A DNA stretch of 64,000 bases, taken from the IMG/VR virus record IMGVR_UViG_3300037475_000032, positions 96,766-160,765 of that record. One strand, 5' to 3'. The position numbers were made by a program, and so were the translations under genes. This DNA is from a virus. Of this stretch, positions 56,473 to 64,000 are shown one piece after another. Under the pieces are notes generated by a model. It worked only from the letters and a program-made list of their open reading frames with translations, ran no database searches and had not been told where the DNA came from. The stretch's first letter is position 1; every line of letters starts with the position of its first letter.

Positions 56473-56854
56473 GGTCTATTCCGTGTGTTTGTAGATGACG
56501 GGGCATGTGCCAGTGGACAATCTTCTTGCCGCACTCCTCACATTCTACACGATGACCACGTTCCTGCATAGTCCTCGCGTAGTTCTCTCCTGCATTGGGC
56601 TTGCTCCATCGGATCGTTCGCATACGCTCCAGGTTGGATCTATCTCCGTCCTGACGATAGTGAAGTCTCTGATGGCAGGGACGATGGGTCGCAACTAGAT
56701 TCTTCGGGTCATTGTTGCGATCATTCCCGTCAAGGTGGTGAACGCACAGCGTCTCGAATACAACAGGTTCTCCGCACTCATAACAAGTCCAAGGCCCCGG
56801 ACCATTCCAGCGGAGGAAGATGCGTCGATACTTGCGGTTCTCACGAACTAGCAG
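56459..56854 (-). mobile_element. HNH endonuclease missing from the ORF track (no ATG/GTG/TTG upstream of the HNH core)
   Basis: CYECG...VHHLDGNDRNNDPKNLVATHRPCHQRLH...CEECGK...HLQTH. Confidence 0.75.
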
Positions 56855-57741
56855 GATCGAGCAGCGAGTAGTTCTGCATAGTTGTCTTGATACGGGATAT
56901 CGGCCCTGTACTGGTGCCAGGCGAAGAAGTTGCCGCTCCAGTTGTAGCGATTACGACGACTCGGCGGAGGCTTGAGCGCCATGGGAGTGGCAACGTGCTC
57001 AAACGGAGATAGGTGTCCGTTCCCCATCAGGCGGTCGTGCAGTTCGATGTCCTTCTCGAAGTCACGCTTGCCATCGTGAGTCAAGTAGCTGACCCTTGCG
57101 CAGCGGCCGACACTGAGCTTCTTGCCAAGCTCCCAGTCGGTTCGGCACGGCCCGGTCATGTCACCTGGGTACTTGGTGATTTCCTCACGTTTGACGAGCG
57201 GGAGATGCCATTCACCTGGTTTCACGACGGTCGGCGTGTGGAGAGCAAGAAGCTCCTGCATTTCCAGAGCCGTCCTACGGATCTCCGGCTGAGCGTTCTT
57301 GTCCGTGCGCAGCGCCAAGAAGTTGTCCCACTCGGTAGCCGTGATGATGGCTGTGTGCCACTTGAACGGCTCCAAGATGCGGTTAGCCAGCGCCTTGTGT
57401 AGCTCAAGGCGCTCCAGTGCCGTTGCGGCACCCAACGCAGCCCACTTGGCAGCGTGCCAGGTGATTCTAGCGGCATCGGCCTTCCAGTCCTCCAGTACGA
57501 AGTCCCCGGACATGCCCGGCTGATTCTGCACGAACGCCTCGGGCACGAACGGGTCCTCACGCACCATCCCAATGGCCTTCTTGACCGGGATGGCACGAGA
57601 GGATGCGCTGTTGCGGGAGAGAACACGGTGAGTGTTCATCTCCGCTAGCACGAGTCGAGGGAACGTGACCTCGAATGTCGTGAGACGGACTCCTGAGTCA
57701 GGGGAGAGGGAGTCCGCCAGTATCCTAGCTGTGTACGCCAT
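56848..57741 (-). CDS. thyX: Flavin-dependent thymidylate synthase, phage ThyX type
   Basis: ILADS, RLTTFE...PR..LAEMNTHR..SRNSASSRAIP, HK..ANRILEPF, AQPEI, RCARVSY, HLSPFEH. Confidence 0.9.
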   Translation of the reverse strand: MAYTARILADSLSPDSGVRLTTFEVTFPRLVLAEMNTHRVLSRNSASSRAIPVKKAIGMVREDPFVPEAFVQNQPGMSGDFVLEDWKADAARITWHAAKWAALGAATALERLELHKALANRILEPFKWHTAIITATEWDNFLALRTDKNAQPEIRRTALEMQELLALHTPTVVKPGEWHLPLVKREEITKYPGDMTGPCRTDWELGKKLSVGRCARVSYLTHDGKRDFEKDIELHDRLMGNGHLSPFEHVATPMALKPPPSRRNRYNWSGNFFAWHQYRADIPYQDNYAELLAARSC

Positions 57742-57742
57742 C

Positions 57743-58895
57743 TCAGCGAGGCTGTCCGATCTCACACTCGGCGAGGATCGATTCTGCGAGTCCCTTGATG
57801 ACCTCGACGTTGTTGCCGCCGTAGAGGGTGATGGAGTTGACGACATGCAGGACGAAGTTCTGCTGCGCCTCACGGATGGAGACAAGTCTCTCCAAGCCAT
57901 CGACCAACTCCTCGGAGGCAGCAAGTCCGGCTTCGGCGATGCGAAGTGACTCCTGCAAACCGCCGATGCGCCTGCTTTGATCCGCAATGATCCTTGCGTC
58001 CTCGGAGCGTCGGGCCTGCTCGTCGCATAGCGCGTAGTAGTAGCTGTCCGTCTGCTGCATGAGTCCGGCGTTGGACGATTGCAGGATCTCGATGTCGGAC
58101 TGAGCGACCTCAAGCTGAGCTTCGAGATCCTTCTTCGTTACCTTCGTGGATGCTACTGCCTTATCGGCCATGCGACTCTCCTTACGTGATCTGGATTGGC
58201 TTGTCTAGCTTCCTGCGAAAATCGTCATAGACGGCCTCAGGAAGCTCACCCGCCGTCTCAACCCTAAAGTATTCAAGTGCCTCTTGGAGATCGAGCCACG
58301 CATCTGCCTCGTCGCGTAGTGCCTCGATTCTCGCCCTGCCAGCCTCGATCTGATCCCAGGCTCGCTTGTTCCCACGGTCGCAGTCGCCACTCGTGGTCTG
58401 TGTGAAACGCCTTGAGGTGAAACCTCCGAGCGTGGATTCGTCACTGATTACCGGCATCGTCTCTCCAGTAGGCAACAATCTCGTCGGTCACGGGCCACTC
58501 GACTACCTCGTAATGACCCTCGTCCCAATGGAACGACGCCATGAACGTGTACCCGATCTGCGGGTCCGCGATCTCAACGTAGTCCCCATTGTAAGGACCG
58601 TCGCAACACAGCACTGACGTTAGCTTGCTTGTCATACCTCTCCGGTTCTGGCCTGTAGTGCTCGGCTGAGCAAGATGATCCATCCTAGCACGTTCAGTGC
58701 CTCTACCACCATCACGTACCAGTATTCCATCGTGAGATAGTTGAGAGTGAAGACGAGCAACGTGCCGCCGATGGCGACGCACGACTTCACAGGGAGGATC
58801 ACTTTACTCATGATCTGAGGAATAAGTCCCCAGAGCAGCACGAGCGCTCCGATGGAGAAGATCAAATCGTGTACCTGGGGACTGATTCCGAACAT
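57743..58895 (-). CDS. Coiled-coil protein (57743-58171), small hypotheticals, and a three-TM protein (58632-58895)
   Basis: GGAG RBS before 58171; hydrophobic helices in 58632-58895. Confidence 0.55.
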
Positions 58896-58897
58896 AT

Positions 58898-59168
58898 TTA
58901 GTCGTTCTCGTTTGCGTAGATGGACATGTTACGGGCAAAGAACTTGGCGCTCCAGAAGGCGAGCGCGAAGGCTGAGATCACACTGCTGACTGTGAAATCA
59001 ACACCCAGAGCCGTCCAGTAGTTGACGGTCCCGAGTCCATGACCTATGGCTTCGTGTACCTGGAAGATGTTCCAGTAGAGGCAGAAGGCCGCCGCCTCAA
59101 GCGGGCCAAGAAGGAGTTGTGCGATTACTTTCGCGCCCTTGGATGGGGGGGGTACTGCGATTGCTCAT
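58898..59168 (-). pseudogene. Small membrane protein frameshifted at a C8 run (59145-59152)
   Basis: ATG with GAAAGGA RBS gives MSNRSTP; the downstream frame has no start and reads HPRAKVIAQLLLG...YWNIFQVHEAIGHGLGTVNYWTALGV..., similar to the 20264 product. Confidence 0.6.
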
Positions 59169-59178
59169 GGCTTTCCTT

Positions 59179-60167
59179 TCATAGACCGACTGCTCTGCGA
59201 ACGGTGTCTAGTGTAGCACACACGAAGTACGGATCTGCACAACTTTTCATGTTGAGCAGTTCTGCGTCCGTGCTGTCGGGCGTGATCGCACAATGACAGT
59301 TCTGGGATTTGGGATGAGAGATGATACCGGCGATGATGCCTCGTCGGTTTTCTTCGGCCTTGCGAGCACGACCTTCCTGCATCTTGCTCACAGACTTCTC
59401 TTGTTTCGCCGAAGGCTTGGGTGTGTGGTCGGGGCAGTTGGCGGGGATGCGACCACGTTTGCTGGGCCGCTCCCACTCGTGATTGCCCGCCTCACAGCGG
59501 AGGGTTATGGTCTTACCACTCATACTCGTTCTGGATTTCCTGATCTTCTAGCTCGGCCGTGTACTCGGCGTCAGGATCAATGTCGGGATCGATGTTCTCA
59601 CAGATCTCGCAGTAGGGTCCGGGGCGCTCGGCCTCCGAAAGTACTTTGCCACAGTCGTCACAGAAATCGATGTCCAGGTCAGTCATCTGCCCCATGCGTC
59701 CATACCTCGGTACAGTTCGATGACAAGAATCTCTACGTTACAGTCGTCACGGATATAGACCCCGATCTGAGTATCAGAGACGTATGGTCCTGTCTCTGAC
59801 ATGGGGTGTCCGAGTGCTACATTCTCGTCACCATAGCGGCGCTGTAGTCCGCGTATGTTGTAACGAGCCATGTTGTTGGCGCTGTGACAACTGATACCCA
59901 GATTGCACTCAAAGCGCCAACCCTCTCCTCGCCAGTGGTCCCAGTCTGCCGCCCAAACAATGGGCGTGTCAGGGTGAATCCCGTAGCGGTCCATCAAGTA
60001 GCCGCCATGATCTCGTTGACTGCCATCATTCTGAGATGGTCACAGTACGTCTGCACAACCATCTCAGGGCTACCTCCCAGTCCGCCGCAGTCTACGATAG
60101 CACGGCTGAAAGCCGCCTGTAGCTTCTCTGGTCCATAGCCTTCAACGATGGAGTCAATCGAGTGCAT
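59179..60167 (-). CDS. Four small genes (59179-59523 and 59513-59695 Cys-rich; 59683-59994; 59994-60167)
   Basis: Coupled ORFs. Confidence 0.55.
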
Positions 60168-60181
60168 GACGGAAGGGCTCC

Positions 60182-60394
60182 TTAGGAGATGTGGGCTTCT
60201 GCGCCGAGTTCTTCGAGGAAGTCGCCCCACGAGCCGAACACGGTGACGATCTGGTCCACTGACGGAAGCTCGGGGTCGGCCTTTGCCAACGCCCTCCACT
60301 CGTCGCGCGTAGGAGGAATCCCACCGCTGTTGTCCAGATAGTCCTCTCCGGCCTCCAGGTAATCGTCTTCTCGTTGGATTTGAGTTGCGGACAT
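60182..60394 (-). CDS. Homing-endonuclease-associated-repeat-like small protein
   Basis: GGIPPTRDEW...PS...FGSW...LEELG; AAGGAG RBS; TTGAAG-17-TAGAGT promoter at 60427-60455. Confidence 0.6.
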   Translation of the reverse strand: MSATQIQREDDYLEAGEDYLDNSGGIPPTRDEWRALAKADPELPSVDQIVTVFGSWGDFLEELGAEAHIS

Positions 60395-60490
60395 CCGTTC
60401 TCCTTGCCGTGTGATTTGTCTCGATGACTCTAGCAAAGCACCACGGGCACTTCAAGAGTCATATCTGGTTGGGGACCATCATAGCACGGC

Positions 60491-61381
60491 CTAGCCGACC
60501 GCCGCCTTGAGCAGCTTACGGGCCTCGGGGTCTTGGATCAAGGACCAATCCATGTTCCCCGTGTTGATTTCGCCGCCCTTCTGGGCCGCTGATGGGGATT
60601 CCGACCATACAAGAGCCTTGATCCACGGACGAGCACGCAACGAGCCATGTAGTTGACTGAGCCACGAGTATCGATTCCCGTACGTGACCTTCATCTCGGA
60701 CAAGATCATGGGCTTGTGATAGGTTGCGTGGAGGAAGTCAATACGTTGGAAGAAATACGCTTGACCGTACACTACGTTCAATGCGAAGGCGACAGTCGTC
60801 ATCCCGACATAGCTGACGTACTTGCTGCCCGGATACCATTGAGTCACGATGGACTTCCAATGCGCTGGAAGTTGGCCGATCATGCCATCCGGGGACCAGA
60901 CGAAGCGTACATTGGAAGCTCCAAGGTTGTGGAAAATCGTCCAGACGTGTCTCCATGCAGCTATGAAGTCTGTTGGTCCGGTCGCGTACCAAGGAGACCA
61001 CATGCCGTTCATCTCCTGGGCTAGGCGAATATAGACGACATGTTTATATTCCCTCAGAGCCGTCGCCCATGAGGCGATATACGAGTCATACTGGCCTGTG
61101 ATGATGCTGGGGATGATGTTCGGAGAGCCAAACACAGCCCCAGACTTCGGCATCCAGGTGATGAACGGAGTAGCTTTTAGTTCATCAGACTCGGCTAGGA
61201 AGCGTCCAGGAGTTGCTTCGCTCCACGACATGAAGCCTCCGAAGATCTGCTGTCCAAGCCTCTGATTGCGAAGCGTCTGGTACTGCTGCGTCGAACCTGT
61301 CACGCCTAGCATGACATGTGCCTGAGTGCTCGCCGGAAGGGCAAGGAGTAGTATGACGATGAGAACTAGCGAACGCCTCAT
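60491..61381 (-). CDS. Secreted GH26-like glycoside hydrolase
   Basis: Signal peptide; PFITW, YIRLAQEMNG (acid/base E), FIAAWRH, FVWSP, WYPG..YV, KPMILSE (nucleophile E). Confidence 0.85.
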   Translation of the reverse strand: MRRSLVLIVILLLALPASTQAHVMLGVTGSTQQYQTLRNQRLGQQIFGGFMSWSEATPGRFLAESDELKATPFITWMPKSGAVFGSPNIIPSIITGQYDSYIASWATALREYKHVVYIRLAQEMNGMWSPWYATGPTDFIAAWRHVWTIFHNLGASNVRFVWSPDGMIGQLPAHWKSIVTQWYPGSKYVSYVGMTTVAFALNVVYGQAYFFQRIDFLHATYHKPMILSEMKVTYGNRYSWLSQLHGSLRARPWIKALVWSESPSAAQKGGEINTGNMDWSLIQDPEARKLLKAAVG

Positions 61382-62737
61382 ATCTCCACCTCGACCTTTG
61401 AGCGCGTTCCCCAGCCGGTTCGATAGCAGGTCACGATGGCGAACATGCGCAATGGCCTCAGCACGAACGCAGTCCAGATCAACATAAAGGGAGCCAGGAG
61501 GAAAGTCGTGATCTGGAATAGAAGACCCTGATCGCTCCTCCAGATCGTCAGATACTTCAAGCTGACGATATAACACACCAACAAGCTGAACAACAGCATC
61601 AATGGTGTAAAATCGACCGTATGCAGTAGGGGGCCAAGGATGAAGATGTACACAAACGCAAAGGAGATCAGCGCGAAGTTCACCCAGGCGATGAAGTGCT
61701 CCCAGTATGCGAAGCCTTTGAGCGGTAGGTAACGGAACCTCCATACTGAGCGGATAGTCGATCCTCGCATCCAGCGAAGTTGTTGCCTCAGATGATGAGA
61801 TACATTGTCCGGCAACACCGTGAAGGCAAAGCTAGATGGCTGCTGTACAGTGCGCCCCTTCAAGTGTGCCAGGAGAGTAAGCAGCGAATCGTCTGAGAAC
61901 TGCACGGGGCGACCCATGAAGGTCTCGTTCTCGTAGGTTGCAATGCCCCCCCCGAATCACGTCTGAGCGATACATGGAGAAGTTGCCGCTGTTGACGAGC
62001 ACGCATCCGAGCTTGCTCATAGCTCCGCGCACCGCAAGCTGGAAGGCCAAGAGCCACGGATCGGTGAGACGGACAAACAGGTCTCGGTTGTTGTACGCGA
62101 GGATTACGGACGCGACCGATGCCACCTTGGCGGATGCAAAGGGCTTCATGCCCTCCTCGACACAACGGGGGTCGAGTACGGTATCAGAGTCCATGGTGGC
62201 GAAGATGTCAGAGTCATCCCCTCGGAACGTCGTTAGCTGAGCGTGACGCTTGCCTGCGTTTGGCACATCGACCCACTCCAATGTCGAGTGTGGATGATCC
62301 TGCGACAACCACCATCTCTTGATTGCTGCCAACTCATCCAGATACGCTGTTGAGCCATCATTTACAACCTGTACGCGCTGGATAGGACGTGTTTGGTCAA
62401 GGATCGATTGGAGAGCCGTACGGAGCGCTACCGGGTCCTCGTTGTAGGCCGGGACATTCAGGGTGATCGTCAGATCATCCAGTTCTCGCCCTTGATCCTC
62501 CGTTACCGTGAATGGCTTCTCGAACCATGCAAGGGTCAGGTGCCACACGAGCGAGAGAAACGTGAGACTCCACAGAAACGCGAACGCATGACTGCTCGTG
62601 GCACCCATGATTGCGTTGTAGTCGGAGATAAGGTGACGGGTCGTCCATGCGAGGCCGATGACGAGCAGCACAGGCACGATGAACCATCGCGCCCGTCTGC
62701 GAATGAACGCAGAAGGGATGAGATTTGTCTCAGGCAT
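61378..62737 (-). pseudogene. Processive GT2 polysaccharide synthase (HasA/NodC-like), frameshifted at a G8 run (61946-61953)
   Basis: VPAYNED, VNDGS, GKRHAQ, MDSDT, SG...YR, SDDSLLT, QQLRW, C-terminal TMs, GWGTR; removing one G restores the frame. Confidence 0.85.
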
Positions 62738-62897
62738 CGGTGGCCTTCTTTCCTCGACGGAAACCAAATCGGATGGCGACAGCGGCAATCACGATGAGGG
62801 ATACGCAGAGAATGGGAATCCACATCTGCTGCCATGCCATCGCCCCGATAACCGCCAGGCTGAACCCGCCAGAGTGAATTGAGTTGTCGTAGTCCAT
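62730..62897 (-). CDS. 55-aa single-TM peptide coupled to the GT2 gene
   Basis: MDYDNSIHSGGFSLAVIGAMAWQQMWIPILCVSLIVIAAVAIRFGFRRGKKATDA; ATGCCTGA overlap. Confidence 0.65.
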   Translation of the reverse strand: MDYDNSIHSGGFSLAVIGAMAWQQMWIPILCVSLIVIAAVAIRFGFRRGKKATDA

Positions 62898-62924
62898 TGC
62901 TTCTTGTTGTCCTTGGGTTGGTGT

Positions 62925-63816
62925 TTAAACGATCTCGATGAAGACGCACGGTCTGATCGTGGAGCAGGTACAGCTTCTCGACATCCAGCCATGAACGAGC
63001 GGGGTCCCAATCGCTCCAACGCTCCACTGCGGCCATGTCCATCCAGCCATGACCCTCGCAGGTCGGGCACGTTGATTCGATGCCAAGCACCTCACATCGG
63101 TTCTGGACGAGGATCATGCGATTGATCCCATCGTGGCTGTCCGTGCCGACATCGGTGTTCAGGGCGTTGATCTCAGCGGCCGTGCGAGGAACGCTCACCC
63201 AGCCCTCCTCCTTGCCTTTCCACTCACGCAGGCGACCGGCCGCTATGAGTGCATCGACCTCAGCCTGACCGATCTTGTCGTGCCAAGCCAACTCCTTGGC
63301 GTTCGGGCCGCCGATCTGATGCGGGTAGAAGGTCTGGGAGATAGCCCTTGCCGCAGGCGTCAAGCCGTCTCCAGCCTCTTCGTTGTGGATGGCACCGTAG
63401 CCACCGCCAGCGGCCGGACCACAAGCCGTGCAAGCCTGCGGAGTTGGAGGCTCAGGGCCACGATCCGGCTTGACGCCCACGTAGGGACCGTACTCGCTGT
63501 GCATGATGCGCAGAAGCTCACCAGTTCCCAGCGTGTGGATGCTCCCGACTGTCGCGGCCTCATCCTCGTCAGGAGGACCCTCGCCACGGGCGAAGTCGCC
63601 GATGTGACCCGACTGACGGGTCTCCAGGACTTCGGCCTTGAGCGTTGCGGTCGAGCCGAATGGAAGATCCTCGACGGCGGTCAGGAAGGCATCGGATAGC
63701 GGTTCCCCTCCGGGCGTGGAGAAGAGACCCACGGAGCCATAGCGGTCACTCACGCGCTCGCTTTTGTGCCAGCCGAGTACGCCGGTCCCGATGTCGATGG
63801 TCTGTGTGTCAGTCAT
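62925..63816 (-). CDS. Hypothetical protein with Zn-finger region; 3' end uncertain
   Basis: AGGAG RBS; CTAC...CPTCEGHG; probable true stop at 62925 if there is a 1-nt indel near 62941. Confidence 0.55.
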
Positions 63817-64000
63817 GCGGATGTCTCCTATAGAGCGTTGTAGGATGCGATTGCGTCGTCCATCCATTGGGCGACCTTACGGATGTTCTTGACCTTGCCT
63901 CGCAACTCGAAGCGGATGGTCGTGAACAGGAAGTGCTTTTCCTCCTCGACAACGCACTCCACATCGTAGTTCCAGCAAGTGGTCTTGAGCGCACTTGCAG

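Noticed and set aside
57742-58113. N-terminal extension of ThyX in the ORF track
   Set aside because: Overlaps the real upstream gene 57743-58171; ThyX homology starts at MAYTARILADS (57741)
62536-62924. C-terminal extension of the 443-aa track ORF
   Set aside because: Overlaps the better-supported TM peptide and GT2 start, and reads like an off-frame sequence
1-64000. tRNA genes, DGR/retron, inteins, stop-codon recoding
   Set aside because: No cloverleaf, reverse transcriptase or intein motifs seen by eye; genes are full length in code 11 and use all three stop codons

Overview
64 kb of a large, high-GC tailed phage, most likely infecting an actinobacterium (leaderless TGn-TANNNT-N6/7-ATG promoters, portal of the large actinophage-myovirus type, rIIA/rIIB, ThyX, tail-collar and tail genes). 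No tRNA, CRISPR array or integrase was seen. Main observations: (1) At least six genes encode modular polyproteins whose modules are separated by [K/R/H]-x-[A/S/G] motifs, probably head-protease sites. Their cargo includes an Acb1-like 2H phosphoesterase, an ART/Tpt1-like domain, a CCA-adding nucleotidyltransferase-HD, a GNAT, a second nucleotidyltransferase and an HhH glycosylase, plus about a dozen copies of an unnamed ~100-aa module. (2) The 1918-aa polyprotein gene contains four small in-register antisense genes, each with its own leaderless promoter. In two cases the extended -10 is the reverse complement of the codons of a putative cleavage motif. (3) A small-peptide + GT2 synthase + secreted GH26 cassette. 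(4) Nine copies of the palindrome GTTTAAAC, a conserved GTAATAGG late-gene motif, a CATAGG-containing promoter family and a candidate structured ncRNA. (5) Three genes broken at homopolymer runs (sequencing error or phase variation). All function calls come from motif recognition by eye, with no database searches.
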